From assembly GCA_053919585.1 (NCBI GenBank), contig JBSSHM010000055.1: 64,000 nt of DNA; one strand, 5' to 3'. A program made the position numbers and the translations under genes. A model generated the notes under the pieces. It did no database searches. It had not been told where the DNA came from and saw only the letters and a list, made by a program, of their open reading frames with translations. Source of the stretch: Euprymna scolopes (lineage: Eukaryota). Positions 46,774 to 59,100 of this stretch are shown here, piece after piece (positions within the stretch are counted from its first letter, which is position 1; every line of letters begins with the position of its first letter).

Positions 46774-49476
46774 AATAGTGAATAGTCAGATTATGTATTG
46801 ATATCGTTTTTGTATTATTCTGTTGAATAGTGAATAGTCAGATTATGTATTGATATCGTTTTTGTATTATTCTGTTGAATAGTGAATAGTCAGATTATGT
46901 ATTTATATCGTTTTTGTATTATTCCTTTGAATAGTGAATAGTCCGATTATGTATTGATATCGTTTTTGTATTATTCTGTTGAATAGTGAATAGTTAGATT
47001 ATGTATTAATATCGTTTTTGTATTATTCCGTTGAATAGTGAATAGTCAGATTATGTATTGATATCGTTTTTGTATTATTCCGTTGAATAGTGAATAGTCA
47101 GATCATGTATTGATATCGTTTTTGTATTATTCTGTTGAATAGTGAATAGTAAGATTATGTATTGATATCGTTTTTGTAATATTCCGTTGAATAGTGAATA
47201 GTCAGATCATGTATTGATATCGTTTTTGTATTATTCTGTTGAATAGTGAATAGTAAGATTATGTATTGATATCGTTTTTGTAATATTCCTTTGAATAGTG
47301 AATAGTCAGATTATGTATTGATATAGTTTTTGTATTATTCCGTCGAATAATGAATAGTCAGATTAGGTATTGATATCGTTTTTGTATTATTCGGTGAATA
47401 GTGAATAGTAAGATTATGTATTGATATCGTTTTTGTATTATTCTGTTGAATAGTGAATAGTCAGATTATGTATTAATATCGTTTTTGTATTATTCTGTTG
47501 AATAGTTAATAGTAAGATTATGTATTGATATCGTTTGTGTATTATTCCGTTGAATAGTTAATAGTCAGATTATTTATTGATATCGTTTTTGTATTATTCC
47601 GTTGAATAGTGAATAGTCAGATTATGTATTTCATATCGTTTTTGTATTATTCTGTTAAATAGTGAATAATCAGATTATGTATTGATATCGTTTTTGTATT
47701 ATTCCGTTTAATAGTGAATAGTCAGATCATGTATTGATATCGTTTTTGTATTATTCTGTTGAATAGTGAATAGTAAGATTATGTATTGATATCGTTTTTG
47801 TAATATTCCTTTGAATAGTGAATAGTCAGATTATGTATTGATATAGTTTTTGTATTATTCCGTCGAATAATGAATAGTCAGATTATGTATTGATATCGTT
47901 TTTGTATTATTCCGTTGAATAGTGAATAGTAAGATTATGTATTGATATCGTTTTTGTATTATTCTGTTGAATAGTGAATAGTCAGATTATGTATTAATAT
48001 CGTTTTTGTATTATTCCGTTGAATAGTGAATAGTAAGATTATGTATTGATATCGTTTTTGTATTATTCCGTTTAATAGTGAATAATCAGATTATGTATTG
48101 ATATCGTTTTTGTATTATTCCGTTTAATAGTGAATAGTCAGATTATGTATTGATATCGTTTTTGTATTATTCTGTTGAATAGTGAATAGTCAGATTATGT
48201 ATTGATATCGTTTTTGTATTATTCTGTTGAATAGTGAATAGTCAGATTATGTATTTATATCGTTTTTGTATTATTCCTTTGAATAGTGAATAGTCCGATT
48301 ATGTATTGATATCGTTTTTGTATTATTCTGTTGAATAGTGAATAGTTAGATTATGTATTTATATCGTTTTTGTATTATTCCGTTGAATAGTGAATAGTCA
48401 GATTATGTATTGATATCGTTTTTGTATTATTCCGTTGAATAGTGAATAGTCAGATCATGTATTGATATCGTTTTTGTATTATTCTGTTGAATAGTGAATA
48501 GTAAGATTATGTATTGATATCGTTTTTGTAATATTCCGTTGAATAGTGAATAGTCAGATCATGTATTGATATCGTTTTTGTATTATTCTGTTGAATAGTG
48601 AATAGTAAGATTATGTATTGATATCGTTTTTGTAATATTCCTTTGAATAGTGAATAGTCAGATTATGTATTGATATAGTTTTTGTATTATTCCGTCGAAT
48701 AATGAATAGTCAGATTATGTATTGATATCGTTTTTGTATTATTCGGTGAATAGTGAATAGTAAGATTATGTATTGATATCGTTTTTGTATTATTCTGTTG
48801 AATAGTGAATAGTCAGATTATGTATTAATATCGTTTTTGTATTATTCTGTTGAATAGTTAATAGTAAGATTATGTATTGATATCGTTTGTGTATTATTCC
48901 GTTGAATAGTTAATAGTCAGATTATTTATTGATATCGTTTTTGTATTATTCCGTTGAATAGTGAATAGTCAGATTATGTATTTCATATCGTTTTTGTATT
49001 ATTCTGTTAAATAGTGAATAATCAGATTATGTATTGATATCGTTTTTGTATTATTCCGTTTAATAGTGAATAGTCAGATCATGTATTGATATCGTTTTTG
49101 TATTATTCTGTTGAATAGTGAATAGTAAGATTATGTATTGATATCGTTTTTGTAATATTCCTTTGAATAGTGAATAGTCAGATTATGTATTGATATAGTT
49201 TTTGTATTATTCCGTCGAATAATGAATAGTCAGATTATGTATTGATATCGTTTTTGTATTATTCCGTTGAATAGTGAATAGTAAGATTATGTATTGATAT
49301 CGTTTTTGTATTATTCTGTTGAATAGTGAATAGTCAGATTATGTATTAATATCGTTTTTGTATTATTCCGTTGAATAGTGAATAGTAAGATTATGTATTG
49401 ATATCGTTTTTGTATTATTCCGTTTAATAGTGAATAATCAGATTATGTATTGATATCGTTTTTGTATTATTCCGTT
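46774..49476 (+). repeat. Tandem duplication of 26 monomers (1352 bp x2)
   Basis: atttatatcg 46901/48253, tcggtgaata 47391/48743 and attatgtatttcatatcg 47621/48973 all show an offset of 1352 = 26x52. Confidence 0.9.
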
Positions 49477-52400
49477 GAATAGTGAATAGTCAGATTATGT
49501 ATTGATATCGTTTTTGTATTATTCTGTTGAAAAGTGAATAGTCAGATTATGTATTAATATCGTTTTTGTATTATTCCTTTGAATAGTGAATAGTCAGATT
49601 ATGTATTGATATCGTTTTTGTATTATTCCGTTGAATAGTGAATAGTCAGATTATGTATTGATATCGTTTTTTTATTATTCCGTGAATAGTGAATAGTCAG
49701 ATTATGTATTAATATCGTTTTTGTATTATTCCTTTGAATAGTGAATAGTCAGATTATGTATTGATATAGTTTTTGTATTATTCCGTCGAATAATGAATAG
49801 TCAGATTATGTATTGATATCGTTTTTGTATTATTCCGTTGAATAATGAATAGTAAGATTATTTATTGATATCGTTTTTGTATTATTCCGTTGAATAGTGA
49901 ATAGTCAGATTATGTATTGATATCGTTTTTGTATTATTCTGTTGAATAGTGAATAGTCAGATTATGTATTGATATCGTTTTTGTATTATTCCGTTGAATA
50001 GTGAATAATCAGATTATGTATTGATATCGTTTTTGTATTATTCCGTTTAATAGTGAATAGTCAGATTATGTATTGATATCGTTTTTGTATAATTCCGTTG
50101 AAAAGTGATTAGTCAGATTATGTATTGATATCCTTTTTGTATTATTCTGTTGAATAGTGAATAGTCAGATTATGTATTGATATCGTTTTTTTCTTATTCC
50201 TTTGAATAGTTTATAGTCCGATTATGTATTGATATTATTGTTGTATTATTCTGTTGAATAGTGAATAGTCAGATTATGTATTAATATCGTTTTTGTATTA
50301 TTCCGTTGAATAGTGAATAGTAAGATTATGTATTGATATCGTTTTTGTATTATTCCGTTGAATAGTGAATAATCAGATTATGTATTGATATCGTTTTTGT
50401 ATTATTCTGTTGAATAGTGAATAGTCAGATTATGTATTAATATCGTTTTTGTATTATTCCGTTGAATAGTGAATAGTAAGATTATGTATTGATATCGTTT
50501 TTGTATTATTCCGTTGAATAGTGAATAATCAGATTATGTATTGATATCGTTTTTGTATTATTCCTTTGAATAGTGAATAGTCAGATTATGTATTGATATC
50601 GTTTTTGTATTATTCCGTTGAAAAGTGAATAGTCAGATTATGTATTAATATCGTTTTTGTATTATTCCTTTGAATAGTGAATAGTCAGATTATGTATTGA
50701 TATCGTTTTTGTATTATTCCGTTGAAAAGTGAATAGTCAGATTATGTATTGATATAGTTTTTGTATTATTCCGTTGAAAAGTGAATAGTCAGATTATGTA
50801 TTGATATCGTTTTTTTATTATTCCGTTGAAAAGTGAATAGTCAGATTATGTATTAATATCGTTTTTGTATTATTCCGTTTAATAGTGAATAATCAGATTA
50901 TGTATTAATATCGTTTTTGTATTATTCCGTTGAATAGTGAATAGTAAGATTATGTATTGATATCGTTTTTGTATTATTCCGTTGAATAGTGAATAGTCAG
51001 ATTATGTATTAATATCGTTTTTGTATTATTCCTTTGAATAGTGAATAGTCAGATTATGTATTGATATCGTTTTTGTATTATTCCGTTGAAAAGTGAATAG
51101 TCAGATTATGTATTAATATCGTTTTTGTATTATTCCTTTGAATAGTGAATAGTCAGATTATGTATTGATATCGTTTTTGTATTATTCCGTTGAAAAGTGA
51201 ATAGTCAGATTATGTATTGATATAGTTTTTGTATTATTCCGTTGAAAAGTGAATAGTCAGATTATGTATTGATATCGTTTTTTTATTATTCCGTTGAAAA
51301 GTGAATAGTCAGATTATGTATTAATATCGTTTTTGTATTATTCCTTTGAATAGTGAATAGTCAGATTATGTATTGATATCGTTTTTGTATTATTCCGTTG
51401 AAAAGTGAATAGTCAGATTATGTATTAATATCGTTTTTGTATTATTCCTTTGAATAGTGAATAGTCAGATTATGTATTGATATCGTTTTTGTATTATTCC
51501 GTTGAAAAGTGAATAGTCAGATTATGTATTGATATAGTTTTTGTATTATTCCGTTGAAAAGTGAATAGTCAGATTATGTATTGATATAGTTTTTGTATTA
51601 TTCCGTTGAATAGTGAATAGTCAGATTATGTATTGATATAGTTTTTGTATTATTCCGTTGAAAAGTGAATAGTCAGATTATGTATTGATATAGTTTTTGT
51701 ATTATTCCGTTGAAAAGTGAATAGTCAGATTATGTATTGATATCGTTTTTGTATTATTCTGTTGAATAGTGAATAGTCAGATTATGTATTGATATCGTTT
51801 TTTTATTATTCCTTTGAATAGTGAATAGTCAGATTATGTATTGATATCGTTTTTGTATTATTCCGTTGAAAAGTGAATAATCAGATTATGTATTAATATC
51901 GTTTTTGTATTATTCCTTTGAATAGTGAATAGTCAGATTATGTATTGATATCGTTTTTGTATTATTCTGTTGAATAGTGAATAGTCAGATTATGTATTGA
52001 TATCGTTTTTGTATTATTCCGTTGAATAGTGAATAATCAGATTATGTATTGATATCGTTTTTGTATTATTCTGTTGAATAGTGAATAGTCAGATTATGTA
52101 TTAATATCGTTTTTGTATTATTCCTTTGAATAGTGAATAGTCAGATTATGTATTGATATAGTTTTTGTATTATTCCGTCGAATAATGAATAGTCAGATTA
52201 TGTATTGATATCGTTTTTGTATTATTCCGTTGAATAATGAATAGTAAGATTATTTATTGATATCGTTTTTGTATTATTCCGTTGAATAGTTAATAGTCAG
52301 ATTATGTATTGATATCGTTTTTGTATTATTCTGTTGAATAGTGAATAGTCAGATTATGTATTGATATCGTTTTTGTATTATTCCGTTGAATAGTGAATAA

Positions 52401-55400
52401 TCAGATTATGTATTGATATCGTTTTTGTATTATTCCGTTTAATAGTGAATAGTCAGATTATGTATTGATATCGTTTTTGTATTATTCCGTTGAATAGTGA
52501 ATAATCAGATTATGTATTGATATCGTTTTTTTATTATTCTGTTGAATAGTGAATAGTCAGATTATGTATTGATATCGTTTTTGTATTATTCCTTTGAAAA
52601 GTGAATAGTCAGATTATGTATTGATATAGTTTTTGTATTATTCCGTTGAAAAGTGAATAGTCAGATTATGTATTAATATCGTTTTTGTATTATTCCTTTG
52701 AATAGTGAATAGTCAGATTATGTATTGATATAGTTTTTGTATTATTCCGTCGAATAATGAATAGTCAGATTATGTATTGATATCGTTTTTGTATTATTCC
52801 GTTGAATAATGAATAGTAAGATTATTTATTGATATCGTTTTTGTATTATTCCGTTGAATAGTGAATAGTCAGATTATGTATTGATATCGTTTTTGTATTA
52901 TTCTGTTGAATAGTGAATAGTCAGATTATGTATTGATATCGTTTTTGTATTATTCCGTTGAATAGTGAATAATCAGATTATGTATTGATATCGTTTTTGT
53001 ATTATTCCGTTTAATAGTGAATAGTCAGATTATGTATTGATATCGTTTTTGTATTATTCCGTTGAAAAGTGAATAGTCAGATTATGTATTGATATCCTTT
53101 TTGTATTATTCTGTTGAATAGTGAATAGTCAGATTATGTATTGATATCGTTTTTTTCTTATTCCTTTGAATAGTTTATAGTCCGATTATGTATTGATATT
53201 ATTGTTGTATTATTCTGTTGAATAGTGAATAGTAAGATTATGTATTAATATCGTTTTTGTATTATTCCGTTGAATAGTGAATAGTCAGATTATGTATTGA
53301 TATCGTTTTTGTATTATTCTGTTGAATAGTGAATATCAAGATTATGTATTGATATCGTTTTTGTATTATTCCTTTGAATAGTGAATAGTCAGATTATGTA
53401 TTGATATCGTTTTTGTATTATTCCGTTGAATAGTGAATAGTCACATTATGTATTAATATCGTTTTTGTATTATTCCGTTGAATAGTAAATAGTCAGATTA
53501 TGTATTGATATCGTTTTTGTATTATTCCGTCGAATAGTGAATAGTCACATTATGTATTAATATCGTTTTTGTATTATTCCTTTGAATAGTGAATAGTCAG
53601 ATTATGTATTGATATCGTTTTTGTATTATTCCGTTGAATAGTGAATAGTAAGATTATGTATTGATATCATTGTTTTATTATGCTGTTGAATAGTTAATTG
53701 TAAGATTATGTATTGATATCGTTTTTGTATTATTCCGTTGAATAGTGAATAGTAAGATTATGTATTGATATCGCTTTTGTATTTTTCTGTTGAATAGTGA
53801 ATAGTAAGATTATGTATAGATATCGTTTTTGTATTATTCTGTTTAATAGTGAATAGTCAGATTATGTATTGATATCGTTTTTGTATTATTCTGTTTAATA
53901 GTGAATAGTCAGATTATGTATTAATATTGTTTTTGTATTATTCCGTTGAATAGTGAATAGTCAGATTATGTATTGATATCGTTTTTGTATTATTCTGTTG
54001 AATAATGAATAGTCAGATTATGTATTGATATCGCTTTTGTATTTTTCTGTTGAATAGTGAATAGTCAGATAATGTATTGATATCGTTTTTGTATTTTTCT
54101 GTTGAATAGTGAATAGTCAGATTATGTATTGATATCGTTTTTTTATTATTCCTTTGAATAGTGAATAGTCAGATTATGTATTGATATCGTTTTTGTATTT
54201 TTCTGTTGAATAGTGAATAGTTAGATTATGTATTGATATCTTTTTTGTATTATTCCGTTGAATAGTGAATAGTCAAATTATGTATTGATATCGCTTTTGT
54301 ATTTTTCTGTTGAATAGTGAATAGTCAGATTATGTATTGATATCGTTTTTGTATTATTCCTTTGAATAGTAGATAGTCAGATTATGTATTGATATCGTTT
54401 TTGTATTATTCCTTTGAATAGTGAATAGTCCGATTATGTATTGATATCATTGTTGTATTATTCTGTTGAATAGTGAATAGTCAGATTATGTATTGATATC
54501 GTTTTTGTATTATTCTGTTGAATAGTGAATAGTCAGATTATGTATTGATATCGTTTTTGTATTATTCCGTTGAATAGTGAATAGTCAGATTATGTATTAA
54601 TATCGTTTTTGTATGATTCCGTTGAATAGTGAATAGTCAGATTATGTATTGATATCGCTTTTGTATTTTTCTGTTGAATAGTGAATAGTAAGATTATGTA
54701 TAGATATCGTTTTTGTATTATTCTGTTTAATAGTGAATAGTCAGATTATGTATTAATATTGTTTTTGTATTATTCCGTTGAATAGTGAATAGTCAGATTA
54801 TGTATTGATATCGTTTTTCTATTATTCTGTCGAATAGTGAATAGTCAGATTATGTATTGATATCATTGTTGTAATATTCTGTTGAATAGTGAATAGTCAG
54901 ATTATGTATTGATATCGTTTTTGTATTATTCTGTTGAATAGTGAATAGTCAGATTATGTATTGATATCGTTTTTGTATTATTCCGTTGAATAGTGAATAG
55001 TCAGATTATGTATTGATATCGTTTTTTTATTATTCCTTTGAATAGTGAATAGTCAGATTATGTATTGATATCGTTTTTGTATTATTCCTTTGAATAGTGA
55101 ATAGTCCGATTATGTATTGATATCATTGTTGTATTATTCTGTTGAATAGTGAATAGTCAGATTATGTATTGATATCGTTTTTGTATTATTCCGTTGAATA
55201 GTGAATAGTCATATTATGTATTGATATCGTTTTTCTATTATTCTGTTGAATAGTGAATAGTCAGATTATGTATTGATATCGTTTTTGTATTATTCCTTTG
55301 AATAGTGAATAGTCCGATTATGTATTGATATCATTGTTGTATTATTCTGTTGAATAGTGAATAGTCAGATTATGTATTGATATCGTTTTTGTATTATTCC

Positions 55401-56177
55401 GTTGAATAGTGAATAGTCAAATTATGTATTGATATCGCTTTTGTATTTTTCTGTTGAATGGTGAATAGTCAGATTATGTATTGATATCGTTTTTGTATTA
55501 TTCTGTTGAATAGTGAATAGTCAGATTATGTATTGATATCGTTTTTGTATTATTCTGTTGAATAGTGAATAGTCAGATTATGTATTGATATCGTTTTTGT
55601 ATTATTCCTTTGAATAGTAGATAGTCAGATTATGTATTGATATCGTTTTTGTATTATTCCGTTGAATAATGAATAGTCAGATTATGTATTGATATCGTTT
55701 TTGTATTATTCCTTTGAATAGTGAATAGTCCGATTATGTATTGATATCATTGTTGTATTATTCTGTTGAATAGTGAATAGTCAGATTATGTATTGATATC
55801 GTTTTTGTATTATTCTGTTGAATAGTGAATAGTCAGATTATGTATTGATATCGTTTTTGTATTATTCCGTTGAATAGTGAATAGTCAGATTATGTATTGA
55901 TATCGTTTTTGTATTTTTCTGTTGAATAGTTTATAGTCAGATTATGTATTGATATCGTTTTTTTATTATTCGTTTGAATAGTGAATAGTCAGATTATGTA
56001 TTGATATCGTTTTTTTATTATTCCTTTGAATAGTGAATAGTCAGATTATGTATTGATATCGTTTTTGTATTTTTCTGTTGAATAGTGAATAGTCAGATTA
56101 TGTATTGATATCGTTTTTGTATTATTCCGTTGAATAGTGAATAGTCAAATTATGTATTGATATCGCTTTTGTATTTT

Positions 56178-59100
56178 AACAATGAAAGTAAATTTGTTAT
56201 GATTTTCATCATAGTGAGAAGAGATAGATTTATATTAATATACACAATACTACAATATATATACACGTATTTTAATGTAACAATGAAAGTAAATTTGTTA
56301 TGATTTTCATCATAGTGAGAAGAGATAGATTTATATTAATATACACAAATACTACAATATATATACACGTATTTTAATGTAACAATGAAAGTAAATTTGC
56401 TATGATTTTCATCATAGTGAGAAGAGATAGATTTATATTTATATACAAAATACTACAATATATATACACGTATATTAATGTAACAATGAAAGTAAATTTG
56501 TTATGATTTTCATCATAGTGAGAAGAGATAGATTTATATTTATATACACAATACTACAATATATATACACGTATATTAATGTAACAATGAAAGTAAATTT
56601 GCTATGATTTTCATCATAGTGAGAAGAGATAAATTTATATTAATATACAAAATACTACAATATATATACACGTATATTAATGTAACAATGAAAGTAAATT
56701 TGCTATGATTTTCATCATAGTGAGAAGAGATAGATTTATATTAATATACACAATACTACAATATATATACACGTATTTTAATGTAAGAATGAAAGTAAAT
56801 TTGTTATGATTTTCATCATAGTGAGAAGAGATAGATTTATATTAATATACACAATACTACAATATATATACACGTATTTTAATATAATAATGAAAGTAAA
56901 TTTGTTATGATTTTCATCATAGTGAGAAGAGATAGATTTATATTAATATATACAATAATACAATATATATACATGTATATTAATGTAACATAAAAGTAAA
57001 TTTGTTATGATTTTAATCATAGTGAGAAGAGATAGATTTATATTTATATACACAATACTACAATATATATACATGTATATTAATGTAACAATGAAAGTAA
57101 ATTTGTTATGATTTTCATCATAGTAAGAAGAGATAGATTTATATTAATATACACAATACTACAATATATATACATGTATATTAATGTAACAATGAAAGTA
57201 AATTTGTTATGATTTTCATCATAGTGAGAAGAGATAGATTTATATTAATATACACAATACTACAATATATATACATGTATATTAATGTAACAATGAAAGT
57301 AAATTTGTTATGATTTTCATCATAGTGAGAAGAGATAGATTTATATTAATATACACAATACTACAATATATATACATGTATATTAATGTAACAATGAAAG
57401 TAAATTTGTTATGATTTTCATCATAGTGAGAAGAGATAGATTTATATTAATATACACAATACTACAATATATATACATGTATATTAATGTAACAATGAAA
57501 GTAAATTTGTTATGATTTTCATCATAGTGAGAAGAGATAGATTTATATTAATATATACAATAATACAATATATATACATGTATATTAATGTAACAATGAA
57601 AGTAAATTTGTTATGATTTTCATCATAGTGAGAAGAGATAGATTTATATTAATATACACAATACTACAATATATATACACGTATTTTAATGTAAGAATGA
57701 AAGTAAATTTGTTATGATTTTCATCATAGTGAGAAGAGATAGATTTATATTAATATATACAATAATACAATATATATATACATGTATATTAATGTAAGAA
57801 TGAAAGTAAATTTGTTATGATTTTAATCATAGTGAGAAGAGATAGATTTATATTAATATACACAATACTACAATATATATACACGTATTTTAATGTAAGA
57901 ATGAAAGTAAATTTGCTATGATTTTCATCATAGTGAGAAGAGATAGATTTATATTAATATACACAATACTACAATATATATACACGTATTTTAATGTAAG
58001 AATGAAAGTAAATTTGTTATGATTTTCATCATAGTGAGAAGAGATGGATTTATATTAATATACACAATACTACAATATATATACACGTATATTAAGGTAA
58101 GAATGAAAGTAAATTTGCTATGATTTTCATCATAGTGAGAAGAGATAGATTTATATTAATATACACAATACTACAATATATATACACGTATATTAAGGTA
58201 AGAATGAAAGTAAATTTGCTATGATTTTCATCATAGTGAGAAGAGATAGATTTATATTAATATACACAATACTACAATATATATACACGTATTTTAATGT
58301 AAGAATGAAAGTAAATTTGCTATGATTTTCATCATAGTGAGAAGAGATAGATTTATATTAATATACACAATACTACAATATATATACATGTATATTAATG
58401 TAAGAATGAAAGTAAATTTGTTATGATTTTCATCATAGTGAGAAGAGATAGATTTATATTAATATACACAATACTACAATATATATACATGTATATTAAT
58501 GTAAGAATGAAAGTAAATTTGCTATGATTTTCATCATAGTGAGAAGAGATAGATTTATATTAATATACACAATACTACAATATATATACATGTATATTAA
58601 TGTAAGAATGAAAGTAAATTTGCTATGATTTTAATCATAGTGAGAAGAGATAGATTTATATTAATATACACAATACTACAATATATATACACGTATATTA
58701 ATGTAAGAATGAAAGTAAATTTGCTATGATTTTCATCATAGTGAGAAGAGATAGATTTATTTTAATATACACAATACTACAATATATATACACGTATATT
58801 AATGTAACAATGAAAGTAAATTTGTTATGATTTTCATCATAGTGAGAAGAGATGGATTTATATTTATATACACAATACTACAATATATATACACGTATAT
58901 TAATGTAACAATGAAAGTAAATTTGCTATGATTTTCATCATAGTGAGAAGAGATACGTTTATATTAATATACACAATACTACAATATATATACACGTATT
59001 TTAATGTAACAATGAAAGTAAATTTGTTATGATTTTCATCATAGTGAGAAGAGATAGATTTATATTTATATACACAATACTACAATATATATACACGTAT

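Larger units (their letters stand above)
1..56177. repeat. 52-bp AT-rich satellite array, about 1,080 head-to-tail monomers, truncated by the left window edge
   Basis: The unit atatcgtttttgtattattccgttgaatagtgaatagtcagattatgtattg (1-52) restarts at 53 and continues in one orientation, with no foreign insertion seen, to 56177. The first unit has A14 T24 G10 C4. It contains an internal TGAATAG x2 duplication, a T5 tract and a GATATC (EcoRV) site across the unit boundary. Stops recur every unit on both strands (minus strand TAA/TGA/TAA hit all three frames). Confidence 0.99.

Noticed and set aside
1-56177. Telomeric long-repeat array suggested by the T/G-rich strand bias
   Set aside because: No canonical telomere motif is present. 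With non-tandem DNA on the right, the G/T-rich strand points away from the putative chromosome end, opposite to usual telomere polarity.
1-56177. Sequencing or rolling-circle amplification artefact
   Set aside because: Variants are shared in ordered, nested blocks over 10-20 kb, which random read errors on a single template would not produce. Local misassembly cannot be excluded.
1-56177. Repetitive protein-coding sequence
   Set aside because: The 52-bp period is not a multiple of 3 and stop codons recur every unit on both strands. The ORF track is empty here.
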